The notes beneath the pieces are model-generated. The model saw only the letters and a list, made by a program, of their open reading frames with translations, made no database searches and was not told the DNA's origin. This document shows, piece by piece, positions 42,622-57,609 of a stretch of DNA of 64,000 nt (positions are counted from its first letter, which is position 1; every line of letters starts with the position of its first letter). The translations under genes and the position numbers were made by a program. This DNA is from Octopus vulgaris (taxonomy: Eukaryota), in the NCBI GenBank assembly GCA_951406725.2, contig OX597824.1:32860001-32924000 (forward strand), read 5' to 3'.

Positions 42622-43122
42622 TATCTGACTGAACTTATTTTACTTGCAGTAAAGTGTTGTTATGTTACTTTTATTACATCCAAATCTGTTATAAAATTAC
42701 TAAAAGGATAATTGAAAATGTTTTATTTTAAAATTATAAAATAATATTCATGACAGTCGTTCACAATTATATTATTGATCAAATATATATTGTGCAAACC
42801 TCACAGTTATCTTCTTAACAATACTAAAGCCATATTTACGAGACAAATCCCGATCAACAAGGACATACAAAAATCTGCTTAAGCTCTTATCAATAGGTAA
42901 TCCTCTTAAAGACTGTCTGTATTAATCTGAATAATAATCAATCTTGAATTTTAGTAATGTGGCCTTCTCAGCTTACAAACCAATGTTGAAGAAGTAAACA
43001 ATTTATGGCAATTTTTACCTCTAAGAAGAAGACCAACAACAAAAGTATATTATCTAAGAACATGAAATAATATAGAACTATTAACAACAATGGTGGCAGT
43101 GATAGTGGAATTGTAAAAACTA

Positions 43123-43212
<90 letters not shown>

Positions 43213-43718
43213 CTAGCAGTATCGCCCGGCGTTGCTCGGGTTTGTAAGGGAAATAACTATATAAGCATTTTTAGAGAGTTACTTCCCTTATAAATTCGGG
43301 CTTTCTTAGCCATTTTTGTTTTGGTGTCTTCAAGCCATGAAGTCGTTGTTCTAAAAGAACGCTGGTTTCCTTCACAACGCATTACGACGTTGATTTCTTT
43401 ACACTCCCTTCCCCACAGCTTCACGAGGGAGGGAAGGGGGAGAAGCAAACAGGTGCAGCTGTGAGCGTGGATGCCAACTCCGCCGCCATCGACATACAAT
43501 GCATTTTATGCATTAAAATGGAATAAAAAATGATGTTAAATTATTTTTAAAATCGTAGACTCATCGTTGACGCGCGCTAATAGTCAGACGGGCTCGATAT
43601 GAATCACGACTATAAGATACCCGAATTTGGTTAAACTGCACCGCAAAATGTGGGAGGAGTTAGGAATCTAAATCGAAGGGGACAGACACTCACACAACTA
43701 GAGTTTTATATATATAGA
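43213..43718 (-). mobile_element. Non-autonomous Helitron
   Basis: 5' TC, 3' hairpin plus CTAG; homologous to 16360-16759. Confidence 0.8.
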
Positions 43719-43728
43719 TATATATATT

Positions 43729-43783
<55 letters not shown>

Positions 43784-43785
<2 letters not shown>

Positions 43786-44097
43786 AGGCGCAATGGCCCA
43801 GTGGTTAGGGCAGCAGACTCGCGGTCGGAGGGTCGCGGTTTCGATTACCAGACCAGGCGTTGTGAGTGTTTATTGAGCGAAAACACCTAAAGCTCCACGA
43901 GGCTCCGGCAGGGGATGGTGGCGATCCCTGCTGTACTCTTTCGCTACAACTTTCTCTCACTCTTTCTTCTTCTGTTGGCCTGCTCGCTTAGCCAACGGGG
44001 TGGCGTCATTTGAAGGCTAAAACAATGCAAAGCGCATTGTGACCAGCGATGTGTAGCAACATCTGATAGCCTGGTCGATCACGGTGATCACGGTGAT
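43784..44097 (+). mobile_element. tRNA-derived SINE family C
   Basis: Head ggaggcgcaatggcccagtggttagggcagcagactcgcggtc...ggtttcgatt; tail (cacggtgat)n. Confidence 0.75.
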
Positions 44098-44121
44098 ATA
44101 TATATATATATATAGAGAGAG

Positions 44122-44194
<73 letters not shown>

Positions 44195-44340
44195 TAGATA
44201 TATATATAATTGAATTCAGCTAGTATTTATATGTTATTTAAAAACAAAAGTGGTGTATAAATTATGATAATTCCTTTATGAGAAGCTTAATTTGTTTATT
44301 ACCCCTCCCCATTTTAACCCATAATATTTGTGTATATGCA

Positions 44341-44610
44341 ATAAGCGAAATCATCAGAGAATGAAGGCTAAAACTAGCAGGTCATATACCTCACCTACCA
44401 GAATGATGCCATTCTAAAACAGCTTTGAAATGGACATCACCGAAGGGAAAAAGAAAAGGGGAAAAGCCATAAACAGCAAGAACATTCATAACTGATTTCA
44501 AAGAAGCCAAAATCACATGGGCGGTTGTAGAGTGAACAGAAACCAGTGGTGTCAACTTGCTGTCAGAGGAGCTAAAGAGCACAAGAAGAACTGATACTGT
44601 TGATACTGAT
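44341..44610 (+). mobile_element. Degenerate RTE-clade LINE 3' fragment
   Basis: ISEIIRE*RLKLAGHI...KTALKWTSPKGKRKGEKP*...ITDFKEAKITW, matching the RTE C-terminal 'GH...ALxW.P.GKR.RGRP' motif. Confidence 0.7.
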
Positions 44611-44859
44611 ATAATGAGCATGCATGCATGTGTGTGTGGCAGAAATGTTAGCACGCCGGGCGAAATGCGTAGCCGTATTTCGTCTGTCGTTACGTTGTGA
44701 GTTCAAATTCCGCCGAGGTCGACTTTGCCTTTCATCCTTTCGGGGTCGATAAATAAAGTACCAGTTGCGCACTGGGGTCGAAGTAATCGACTTAATCCCT
44801 TTGTCTGTCCTTGTTTGTCCCCTCTATGTTTAGCCCCTTGTGGGCAATAAAGAAATATA

Positions 44860-44989
44860 CAGGGTGTCGCAAAAAAATGTATACACATAGTGGTTCGGCA
44901 AAAGAGAACGATAGAATAAGTACTAGGCTTACAAAGAATAACAAATTTACAATTATTTAAGGTGTGTATACATTTTTTGGGACACCCTG
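44860..44989. mobile_element. Tiny Tc1-type MITE carrying a SINE A fragment
   Basis: ta|CAGGGTGTCGCAAAAAAATGTATACAC...GTGTATACATTTTTTGGGACACCCTG|ta. Confidence 0.75.
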
Positions 44990-45023
44990 TATATCTATCT
45001 ATCTATCTATCTATCTATTTATA

Positions 45024-45100
<77 letters not shown>

Positions 45101-45384
45101 GTGTGTGTGTGTGCACGCACACATGTATGTATATGCACACAATGACTGAAACTAGTAAAGAATAAAAGAACATAACAACAACAACAGCAATAATAATAAA
45201 TCTAAGTGACTTCCAAATACGACAAATTCCAGGATTAGACATAATGGAAACAAGCACAGAAAAAGCTAAGCACATGAGAACCCTTTCTAAAACTGCTGCT
45301 TTAGTTATGCTTACTCATAAATGGCAATAAAAACCTCCCAATGGCAAATACCCAAAGAAAACTAATAATGCTGTTGACTAAGCT

Positions 45385-45714
45385 CCGGAGTCTGGCGACG
45401 GACTTGGTAAACACCCACAAAGTTATCAACCACCTCACCAACAACAGCACTGAACACCTTTTTGATCTCCATGCGTCTAACACACGTGGACATGCCTACA
45501 AAGTCAGAAAACAACACAGCTCCCATGACTTTCGGAAACAATTTTTCACGCTCAGAGTTGCTGAAGCATGGAATAAACTGCCTGCGTCAGTTGTTGACTG
45601 CCATGACACTGCATCCTTTAAGGCCCTCATGCTTTCCAAAATCCGCCGAAACTACACCTGATTATATATACACTTTAGATGAGTTGTAGTGCACCTGAGC
45701 ACTGTACACAACTA

Positions 45715-45748
<34 letters not shown>

Positions 45749-45750
45749 CA
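45385..45750 (+). mobile_element. CR1/L2-clade LINE 3' end (second copy 58965-59225, minus)
   Basis: TRGHAYKVRK...RKQFFTLRVAEAWNKLPASVV...SFK, with an (ATT)n tail. Confidence 0.8.
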
Positions 45751-46082
45751 TTATTATCATGGGACCTCCCCCATGATAAAAACATTCTCTAGAACAAGGC
45801 TGTGTACAAAAACCAAATATATGGCACCCTAGGCATAACACCAGCATGAACTTCTAACTTGTTATCTCTTGAGGTCTCTGGGTGAGACTTGGAGCCAACT
45901 TGTACAAATGTAAAGCATAAGTCAAACATGAAATAATAATAATAACAATAATAGTAATCTTTTCTACTATAAGCACAATGCCTGAAATTTAGTGAGGGTG
46001 ATTAGTTGATTATATCAACCCTTAATACTCGATTGGTACTTATTTCACCAACCCTGAAAGGACAAAAGATGAAGTCGGCCTC

Positions 46083-46162
<80 letters not shown>

Positions 46163-46211
46163 TAATAATAATGATAACAATAATAATAATAACAATAATA
46201 ATAATAATAAC

Positions 46212-46260
<49 letters not shown>

Positions 46261-46263
<3 letters not shown>

Positions 46264-47388
46264 GCCCTGATGCAGTACCAGGCAGTGGTTCTCATGGCTT
46301 CTGATCTTAACTGATTGGAAGTGTTATCATGTACATTGTTTTGTCTTGGTATAAAAGATGGGCTACAGCAAATATTCTGCTCAATACCACAGATTTGCTT
46401 GTCAGTTGTTTGACCTTAACCAGTTGAGCATGTCCCTTAGTGGCTGACGATATGTGCATCTCTGATCACGAGCAGAAGTAGTGGGGGAGCATCATAGCCA
46501 TGTGTTGAGAGGGATTCTTTGGGGTTTGAATAATTCACCTCTGGAAACATGGGTGTTTCGTTCAACGTCCTTAAACAACCCTTATTCAGGGACCTTTTGA
46601 GCGGGATGGGTTACTCGATCTGAAGAAAATTCTAACTGGGCTCCACCTGCAAGGTCATGTGCTGTTTATCTTGATATGAGATCACCATGTCGCGCACATA
46701 TGGTTGTGATGCATGTGCCTGGTGTACCCTTATCAGACGGGTAGTCATGATGGGTATACTGGGCTTCGTATATTTTACCCCAGTGTCACTTTGATGACAT
46801 GCTCTGCTTGCTCACTCAATAATAATAATAATAATAATACTGATGCAGTACCAGCAGTGGCTCTCATGGCTTCTGATCTTAACTAATTGGAAGTGTTATC
46901 ATGTACATTGTTTTGTCTTGGTATAAAAGATGAGCTACAGCAAATATTCTGCTCAATACCACAGATTTGCCTGTCAGTTGTTTGACCGTAACCAGTTGAG
47001 CATATCCCTTAGTGGCTGACGATATGTGCATGTCTGATTACAAGTAGAAGTAGTGGGGGAGCATCATAGCCATTTGTTGAGAGGGATTCTTTGGGGTTTG
47101 AATAATTCACCTCTGGAAACATGGGTGGTTTGTTCAACATCCTTAAGCAACCCTTATCAGGGACCTTTTGAGCAGGATGGGTTACTCGACCAGAAGAAAA
47201 TTCTAACTGGGCCCTACCTGCAAGGTCATGTCCTGTTTATCTTGATATGAGATCACCATGTCGCGCACATATGGTTGTGATGCATGTGCCTGGTGTATCC
47301 TTATCAGACAGGTAGTCATGATGGGTATACTGGGCTTCGTATATTTTACCCCAGTGTCACTTCGATGACATGCACTGCTCTCTCATTC

Positions 47389-47415
<27 letters not shown>
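46261..47415 (+). mobile_element. Two tandem ~560-bp LINE-3'-end-like elements embedded in (AAT)n (third copy 39754-40500, interrupted)
   Basis: ctgatgcagtaccaggcagtggctctcatgg...ccccagtgtcacttt...ctcaataataat. Every copy ends in TAA repeats. Confidence 0.7.
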
Positions 47416-47425
<10 letters not shown>

Positions 47426-48997
47426 TTAATGAGGTGATGTCCCCTAACAGACAATGAATATAAGGTATAATGAAGGTACATGGCTCAGTGGTTAGAGCAT
47501 CGAGCTGACGATCGTGAGGTTGTGAGTTCGAATCCCGGACTGGGCTGCATGTTGTGTTCTTGAGCAAGACACTTTATTTCATGTTGCTCCAGTTCACTCA
47601 GCTGTAGAAATGAGTTGCGATGTCACAGGTGCCAATCTGTATCAGCCTTTGCCTTTCCCTTGGATAATACTGGTGGTGTGGAGAGGGGAGGCCAGTATGC
47701 ATGGGCGACTGCTGGTCTGCCATAAACAACCTTGCTCGGATTTGTGCCTGGGAGGGTAACTTTCTAGGTGCAATCCCATGGTCTATGTCGTGACCAAAGG
47801 GGGTCTCAGATAAGTAAGATAATTTCATCAAAGTATCTGGTGGGATTAGGAGTTTGAACTTGAAATTAAAGAAGAAAAGGATGCATGGAATATACATACT
47901 ATTTATCTACCCCATTTTGCTTACTAAATACAGAGGTTTTTTGATTTCCAATCTTAATGTATTCTGCCAACACACTCCCCAAATAATATTAACTGTATGT
48001 ATATATTAAAAGGAAAGGTTGTTGTCTGATAACTAAATCCATTAGCAAAAATCATATTCACATCCTAAGCTGGAACAAGTGCAGAATGAAAAATACACGT
48101 CTATATTTTCTTACAGTTTTGCATGATTGTAATAATTTTATATCACCTTAGACTAAGACTTAGCAAGTCTTAGCCTGCATAAGCAAATATTCTGTTTCTT
48201 GAATTCTATGAATAAGAACAACCATTCTTATTTCTTTATTGCCCACAAGGAGCTAAACATAGATGGGAGAAACAAGGACAGACAAAGGGATTAAGTTGAT
48301 TACATAGACCTCAGTGTGTAACTGGTACTTAATTTATCGACCCTGAAAGGATGAAAGGCAAAGTGGAATTTAAACTCAGAATGTAACGGCAGCGAAATAC
48401 CGGTAAGCATTTTGTTCGGCATACTAACGATTCTGCCAGCTCAGTGCCTTAAAGAACAGCCATTCTTATTTAGATTCAGAGTTCCAGATAGTGTCACTGA
48501 CTGAAACTGCAGAATTGTGTTGGAAGATCAGTTTCTTAGAGTCTGCTATCTCACTGAGGCATGTATTTTGTCAATACATATCATGTAAAAGGAAGAAGCT
48601 ATTCTCCAAAGATGAAATCTAACAGTCTTTTCATGTTTTTGACTATGCTAGTATTTTCTTTGTTCATCTCTGTCTTACGTCAAAAGACACTTTCTATGTT
48701 TATACTCTGTATTTGTTCTTGTTTTTCACACCAGTTGTTATCTTTATCCTGTTTGTTTTCAGATGCAACACTTTTTAAAAAAAAAATATTGGATATTTTC
48801 ATTTGTAAGGCTTGTCTTTGTTTTGGTTTGTTTGAACTCTGACACTTTCCAGACGATGATGTATATAAACTTTTCCAAGCACCGAAATCAAAACAACTCT
48901 GAATAAAAACTCAGTTTATGAAATAAATTTATCTATGTCTGTTCTTTTGTCTTTTACATTAACTATCATACACATCCTTTGCCATTATTCTGATTAT

Positions 48998-49075
<78 letters not shown>

Positions 49076-49984
49076 TGTTTGTAGATTAACAAAGCTAACA
49101 ATGGTTCATGCAGAGAGAAATCTCTCAACAAATTATCAAGCCTGCCACATGAGAACTTTGGTACTTATCTCCATCTTCAAGGAGAATACATGAATCTACA
49201 CGAGATTGTATGGGATTTGGCAATAAATGAATATACAGATCATGGGAGTTAATTTATAGGAAAATATTAATTGTTGTCTCCCTTGAATTAGCCCTGATAT
49301 GTTTGAAATAAACTGATGTATGTATCTTTAGAAACTGGGAGAGATATGAAATAAACTTCTTTAATGTAGGTATATCTATAAATAATAGATGTAAAATATT
49401 AGGTTAAAAAGAGCCTTTGATATAAAAAAAAATCAAGAGGCTGCCTGAGGGCCTCAAACCCAGATCTTCTGAGTCATGGTAGATACTACCATTATACCTA
49501 AGCAATCTTTTGAATTTTCTTTATCCGATTTAGAAACTTTGTCCTGTTTAGTGAGAAATCTATGTTGTTTACATTATTTAATATTTTATTCCTATAATTT
49601 ACATGCTATTATTTATAGCTTTATCTACTTTGAGTTCCACCATTAAAACAGTTCCTTTTGTGTCTCTCAAAGTTTCTTAAAGTATAAAAAAAAATTCTTA
49701 TAATAAAGTGAACAGCATGCAATTTTGTTGGTAAGTATAAAGCTTTTAAAACAGATAGAGGAAATTCGAAGAATTGTTTTGGTGTAATGGCAGCAAATTT
49801 GTCAAAACTGCAGAAGATATGGGTTCGTGTCCCACGGGCAGCTTTCAACATTTTTTTCTCAAGGTTTCTTAAACCCAATATTCTTCATGTTATTATATAT
49901 AGCTTTATCTATTATATATGGCTTTAACTACTTGATAGCTTCATCAAGGTAAATATATATATATGTGTGTGTGTATATATATAT

Positions 49985-50495
49985 AAATAGTGTACATTTA
50001 AACACAAGAGAAAACTGCCTTCAACAGGCAGTTTTTACACGCTAGAAGAAGTAGCTAAAACGACCAAAACCACATTTAAGAGCAATCTTCAAAAGAGTGA
50101 AAAATAAAAACTTTTACCTTGTTATTTTATTCCAGTCAGACCTGGGTTTCAAAATTTTTTTAGCAAATAAAATAATTTGCTATGAAAAATTTCAAATTCA
50201 CCACGCAAGTGCAGTTTCAGTCGGCAGTATATTTACTGATGACTGAAACAGTGCTTGTGCAGTGAATTTGAAAAATTATAATGTATAACAATGAGTCACA
50301 TGTTATTCGTCACTTAATTATATGCTAGTGTTATGGCATGGTCACTGAATAAAATAACAAGGTAAAAGTTTTTATTTTTCATTCCTTTTGAAGATCGCTT
50401 TTAAATGTGGTTTTGGTCGTTTTAGCTACTTCTTCTAGCATGTAAAAACTGCCTGGTGAAGGCAGTTTTCTCTTGTGTTTAAATGTACACTATTT
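49985..50495. repeat. Long nested inverted repeat
   Basis: 49985-50136 versus 50344-50495, plus inner arms 50191-50228 versus 50235-50272. Confidence 0.85.
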
Positions 50496-51199
50496 TATAT
50501 TGAGAATATGTTGTCTATTGACCTTTTATACATGCTAGGCCATTGGTAGTGAAATTTCTAAAAAAAACTCACTATCCTATATTTTACATGTATATATAAA
50601 TATATATATACATATTTATAATTCTCACCATAGGATATAGTAATAGTGATATGTAGCTGTTAATAATTGTAGGATATTGTTATAATTATTAATGGCTATT
50701 CATAAGATATCATGATAGCTGCCAATAATCATATGTAAGATATTGTGGTTGTTGTTAATGATTAAAAGATATAGTAATTGCTTATGACCATCCACAATAC
50801 TTTAGCAATTATCAAAGATCACCTATGGGATATCATATGATCATCATTATCATTTACGTCTGACATTCCATATTGGCAGGGATTGGACAGGTCATCATGA
50901 TCCAAATCAGTTCTTCCTAGGACTTGCTACTTTCCTAGATGGGATCACAACTTGCTCATACGTTCCATTTCAGCATGGTTCTCATCCTTCTATCACCCAT
51001 TTTTGGAATTTATTGAGTAGAGTTTATCATGACATCAGCACTTGAGAAGTTGTCGTCTCAGAAGTCAACCTAGAGAAGAAAGGGTTACTTCATTGTTTCT
51101 TCTCTATGCTTCCTCTGTTCATGTGCCAGCTATTTACCAGAGTTTATTGGGTGTATATTTTGTGTCACTAGCATTAAGGGGCCATGGTTATCTTGTTCA

Positions 51200-52000
51200 A
51201 AGCAATATTGCCGAATAGAAGAAAGAGTGTTGAAAAAGAAGGAAGGCGAGAGGATAATAGAAGTGAGAGAGTAAGAGGGATGATTGAGTGCAATGGGAGT
51301 AAGAGGGAGATTGACAGAAGAGAGAGTAATGGAAAAGAAAGTGATAGACTGCTACATACTGGTTGTTGGTAAGGAGACTGAATAGAACACAATATGAGTA
51401 GTATGACAGGAGAAAAGGAGATAAAAGGGAGACAAGGTGATGGTAGATGGAATAATAGGAGAGAATGAGAAAGGGAGAGTAAGGGATGTCAACAACAACT
51501 GAAAGGGAAAAGGCTAATGGATGTGTATGAGTATGACAGAGATGGAGAGAGAATGAAAATGATGAGTGGTAATGAGATTGAGTGGTGGTGAGATAGAGAA
51601 AGAGAGACAAGAGTAATGAATAGTAATAAAAGCAGGTGGTGGTGAGAAAGAGAGAAAGATGGATGTCAGTAATGAGTGATAGGGGTGGTGGTAGTGGAAG
51701 AGAGAGAGGAGGAGAAGGAAAAGAGAGTAAGGGTGTGAGAAAGAAATAGATGGTTAGTAATAAATAGTGATAGTAGGAGGTAATTGATTATGGACAAATC
51801 TAGTGCCACCCCTTCCTTTTATAAGAAGTAGAGTGATGGGTGGGAGAAAGATGATATGATAATAGTAGTAGTAATAGTAAAGGTACAATGATAGGAGAGA
51901 GGGTGAGAGATGAGTGTCAAATAAAAAGAGAGGAAGGGAGGTAGATGGAAACTTATAGAAACATGATGTGAACATATTTGCTAATGATCACCCATAGAAT
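51200..52000. repeat. Purine-rich low-complexity tract
   Basis: G/A-biased degenerate repeats followed by (GAT)(GAG)(CAT)n. Confidence 0.7.
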
Positions 52001-53027
52001 ATTGTAGTAATTGCCAATGGCCATCCCATTTCATGCTGTAATTGCTGTTAATGTTGATGATGATGATGTGGAGGAGGAGGAGGAGGAGGATGATGATGAT
52101 CATCATCATCATCATCATCGTCATCGTCATCGTCATCATCATCATCATCATCATCATCACAATCACCATCATTTAACGTCTGTTTTCCATGCTGGCATGG
52201 GTTGGACAGTTTGACATAGCTCCTATGGCTGGACCCGTGCCAAGTTGATTACTGGCATTTGGTGCAGTCCTGCAGCTCACTGGATCTTGTGAAATCATCC
52301 AACCCATGCCAACATAGAAAATGGATATGATATCATAGTAATTATTACTGATTGATCACAGAATACCTTAATGTATTGCTAAATGATAGTAGTAGATATT
52401 GTACCTATAAGATATCAAAGCTATTTTCAACTTGAGACGAACAATCCCTCTGAAGGAAAACCTCCTCTTCTCACCCCACCTTCTCTGAGTAATTCCCCTC
52501 ATCCCTAGCATGAAGCTGACCCCCACCTCCAACCGCAGGGTTTGCAGTCCTGTGTGTTACATGGCAACCTCAGTAGTACAGGTGGCAGAAAAGAAAGCAC
52601 CCAGTACACTTTGTAAAGTGGTTGGCATCAGGAAGGGCATCCAGCTATAGAAACCATGCCATAGTAGACAGTGGAACGCAATGCAGTCCTAGGACACCTC
52701 AGATCCCGTCACACTGTTCAACCCATGCCAGCAGGGAATATGGTCGTTAAATGATGAGGCGGCGAGCTGGCAGAAATGTTAGCACACCAGACGACATGTG
52801 TAGCCGTATTTCGTCTGCCGTTACGTTCTGAGTTCAAATTATGCTGAGGTCGACTTTGCCTTTCATCCTTTCGGAGTCGATAAATTAAGTACCAGTTACG
52901 CACTGGGGTTGATGTAATCGACTTAATCCGTTTGTCTTTCCTTGTTTGTCCCCTCTGTGTTTAGCCCCTTGTGGGTAGTAAAGAAATAGGTTGTTAAATG
53001 ATGATGATGATGTGTGTGTGTGCGTGT

Positions 53028-53097
<70 letters not shown>

Positions 53098-53569
53098 ATG
53101 TGTGTATTTACACAAGACAAAATTATGACTATGACTATACTGTATCAGACCATAACAGACATAAAAGTATATAAACAGTAACAGATAACAAATTTAATAG
53201 CAGTTAAAAGTGTTTTGGTCATTGACTTGTTTAGATGTGATTTTTGGACAATAAAATCTGAAATCAGACACAAAATAGATGATTTTGAAATAAAATGTTA
53301 TATCACACAAAAAAAATCTACTTAATAAATGAGAACATGGGTAAGAGACAAAAATTATTTCAAATTTTGTATTGATCCATAATAACTGACCAGCATACGT
53401 GTGTCTGTGTGTGAGTGGGTGTTTTATTAATCCTGGGAGTATGGAAGGCAAACTGGATCATGATGAGATTTCATCTCTGAGTAAGTAAAAGATAATAAGG
53501 TTTTCATTTGTAATTTTGTGGGAGCAGTAAAGCTAATTTAACTGATCATTGGAACGTGACTGGTATTTT

Positions 53570-53600
<31 letters not shown>

Positions 53601-53623
53601 CACATACACAATAATATAATATA

Positions 53624-53759
<136 letters not shown>

Positions 53760-53785
53760 TATATTATATCATATTATATTATATT

Positions 53786-53844
<59 letters not shown>

Positions 53845-54002
53845 CACACACAATAATATAATATAATATGATATAATATAATATAATATAATATTATATA
53901 TATATATACATATATATAAAGATATATATATATATATATAATACACACACACACACACATGCACATATATATACAGGTATATATATACACACACACATAT
54001 GC

Positions 54003-54076
<74 letters not shown>

Positions 54077-54077
54077 A

Positions 54078-54110
<33 letters not shown>

Positions 54111-54465
54111 CACATATATATACAGGTATAATCCATGCCAGCATGGAAGGTGGACATTAAACAATGATAATACATACAGATAATATATTTATTTAATATA
54201 CATGTGGAATTCTGTTAGTGTATGCAGAATTTATATAAAGATTTATAAAACATGAAAATGGAATGAACAGACTTTAATTCTTATACTATATATATATATA
54301 TATATATATATAAATGTAAGATCTCAGGATCAAGGTGTAAGAGGGTGTAGAAGATTAGAAGAGTAACCTGCAGTATACACCTCATATGGATATTTACTAC
54401 TTCTGAGGTTCCACTTGCTATGAAACATGTAGCCTGGGTATTATCTACTCTATCCCTTAACTCTT

Positions 54466-54689
54466 ATGCATACATACATACATACATACATACATGCATA
54501 CATGCATACATGCATACATGCATACATGCATACATACATACATACATACATACATACATACATACATACATACATACATACATACATACATACATACATA
54601 CATACATACATACATACATACATACATACATACATACATACATACATACATACATACATACATACATACATACATACATACATACATAC
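54466..54689. repeat. (TACA)n microsatellite; representative of very abundant (TA)n, (CA)n, (GA)n, (TACA)n, (AAT)n and (GATA)n arrays
   Basis: Seen directly. Other large arrays at ~9120-9255, 14265-14357, 15031-15395, 20460-20768, 44125-44195, 46083-46260 and 53570-54110. Confidence 0.95.
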
Positions 54690-57200
54690 TGATCATCAGT
54701 ACCTGACTATTGGTCATGTAATATGAAAATTAAAGTTTAACTCTATGGGAATTCAACTCAGAATGTTAAGAGATATGACTGTGAACCACACAGCTTTTCA
54801 CCAAGTACTCTACTGATTCTAGCATCACTGCTTGTAAGCTAGAGACAAAAATGAAATAAAATTCAAGATACAATGGTTCAGATACGTCCCATTGTCACTC
54901 TTATTCTTGGGCCCTAAGATTTACAAGACCAGTTACCTGGTTTCTATGGCATGTAACTAACCAAGAACACAACATTCCCTCTGAACAGGATACAATACTA
55001 TTGTAGCATTCAAGGACAGCAATTTTTGAAGGGAGGAAACAATTATTATATTGACTTCAGTACTTGACTGGTACTTTATTTTATTAGCTGTAAAGAAATG
55101 AAATGCAAAGTTGATCTCAGCAGGATTTGAACTCAGAATGCAAAGAGCCAGAACTAGTGTCACTAAGCATTTTGTCCAACATGCTAACAAGTCACCCAGC
55201 TTGCTGCCTCCATTTAGACACTTTGTAGAATAATAATTTCCTTTTGGCAAATTGGGAAGTCTTACTTGGAATAAAGGTCAATAGTTAATAGAGAAGATTA
55301 GAAATGATGAAGCTACACCATGGAGAAACAGAGAAATAGTTCCCAATCAGTTTTCTTTAGGAATACCAAAATTCAGCATCAATATTTGATAATAATGGCT
55401 TCAAATTTTGGCACAAGTTTGGAGAAAGAAGTTAAGTCACTTACATTGATACCAATTGATACCATTGATATGTGCCGGTGGCACATAAAGGCACCCACTA
55501 CACCCTCGGAGTGGTTGGCGTTAGGAAGGGCATCCAGCTGTAGAAACTCTGCCAAATCAAGATTGGAGCCTGGTGCAGCCATCTGGTTCACCAGCCCTCA
55601 GTCAAAATCATCCAACCCATGCTAGCATGGAAAGCAGACGTTAAACGATACTTATTTTATTGAGAAAGCAAAGTTGACCTTGGTGGAATATGAACACAAA
55701 ATGTAAAGACGGGATGAAATGCTGCTAAGCATTTTGTCCATCATGCTAATGATTCTTATTTCTTTATTGCCCACAAGGGGCTAAACATAGAGGGGACAAA
55801 CAAGGACAAACAAAGGGATTAAGTCGATTATATCGACCCCAGTGCGTAACTGGTACTTATTTAATCCACCCTAAAAGGATGAAAGGCAAAGTCGACCTCG
55901 GCGGAATTTGAACTCAGAATGTAATGGCAGACGAAATACCTATTTCTTTACTACCCACAAGGGGCTAAACAGAGAGGACAAACAAGGACAGACAAACGGA
56001 TTAAGTCGATTATATCAACCCCAGTGCGTAACTGGTACTTATTTAATCCACCCCAAAAGGATGAAAGGCAAAGTTGACCTTGGCGGAATTTGAACTCAGA
56101 ATGTAATGGCAGACAAAATACCACTTAGCATTTCGCCTGGCATGCTAACGATTCTGCCAGCTCACCACCTGCAATGACTTCATAATATTAAAAATAAGTG
56201 GAAGACAGTGAGCTGGTAGAATTATTAGCATGCTGGGTGAAATGCTTAACAATATTTCATCTGTATTCATGTTCTTAGTTCAAATTCTGCCTTTCATCCT
56301 TTCAGAGTTGATAAAATAATTACCAGTTGAGTACTGGGGTTGATGTAATTGATTTACCCTCTCCCCCGAAACTGCTGGCCTTATGCCAAAATTTGAAATC
56401 AATATTAAAAACTAAGAGGAAATATATTGATATTAAATGGCAAATATACGTCACTATATAAAGAGAGTTTATAAAAAAAACAAAAGACGAAGACAGATGG
56501 TGTACAAAACAAACAGATGTATTAGTATAACACTTAGGAATAGAAAATGTCTTTTACGTTTCGAGCCTACGCTCTTCTACAGAAAGGGACACAGAAAAAA
56601 ACAAGGAGAGAAGAAAATGTGTGCAGTGGCTAATGATCTATCATGGCAACTATATATATATACACACATACACACACACACGTGCGCGCACGCACGCACA
56701 CACACACACACACACATACACACATGCGCGCATGCACACACACACACACATATATATATATATAATATTGACAAGGTGTATAAGAAGATAATTATATCTT
56801 CCTCTATCACAAAAAGAAAATGAATCTGATGAGGAGATCTTCCTTTTGCTCTGAGTCAAGTGATTTGAAGATTTTTATGACATCATTGAATCATGGTCAT
56901 GTGACTTTCACATGTAAAAGTCACATGTGACTATAGATTTACATATTCTCATATTCTCATTTAATCTAACGTGAATTAAACAAACAAAAACTAATTCTTA
57001 CCTTCTTGATTTTTTTCATCAGAATTCTTTTTGTATTTGTCTTCTCAGCAAATGTCTTTTAAAATCTTTGACAAAGTGTGTATAATATTATGGTTTGTTC
57101 ATGTACACTAAAACTGATGCATGTTAAATAACCTAAATTACATTACTAACCAAACTAGTGCAAGAATTGTGGATTAATGACACTTTCAGTGAATAGATGG

Positions 57201-57386
57201 TTACATATGATATATACTCCTTCTCTTTGGGGAATACAGAAATACATAATACACCACCATGAAAATACTAAGGAAAGCCATTAAGCCCAAGTAGAAGGCC
57301 ACCTCAATTATTTTTCTCTTGGTTGTTGGTGAGATATAGTAGTACTTCTTCTCAGCTAGTTTATTTTTCATTTTGTTTATGTCCAT
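57201..57386 (-). CDS. InaF-motif-like small single-pass membrane protein, divergent paralog D (61 aa)
   Basis: ATG at 57386 in strong Kozak context acaaccATGg. MDINKMKNKLAEKKYYYISPTTKRKIIEVAFYLGLMAFLSIFMVVYYVFLYSPKRRSIYHM has a basic stretch, a TM helix and YYVFLYSP. Candidate acceptor (TC)n...CACTAG| at 57418 and donor AAG|GTAAGA at 57001. Confidence 0.7.
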   Translation of the reverse strand: MDINKMKNKLAEKKYYYISPTTKRKIIEVAFYLGLMAFLSIFMVVYYVFLYSPKRRSIYHM

Positions 57387-57462
57387 GGTTGTTAGACAGG
57401 CCAGTAAATACGAGATACTAGTGTGCAATAGATACCAGAGAGAGAAAGAGAGAGAGAGAGGG

Positions 57463-57498
<36 letters not shown>

Positions 57499-57516
57499 GG
57501 AGAGAGAGAGAAAGAA

Positions 57517-57609
<93 letters not shown>

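Noticed and set aside
43784-43860. tRNA gene
   Set aside because: A tRNA-like SINE head without a complete cloverleaf, followed by a SINE body.
44395-44571. Apparent 177-nt symmetric exon on the minus strand (TTCTTCTTGTGCTCTTTAG| ... TAG|GTGAGG) with an open frame
   Set aside because: The plus strand is a decayed RTE LINE C-terminus. The antisense frame resembles no protein I recognise. Exonisation cannot be excluded but is unsupported.
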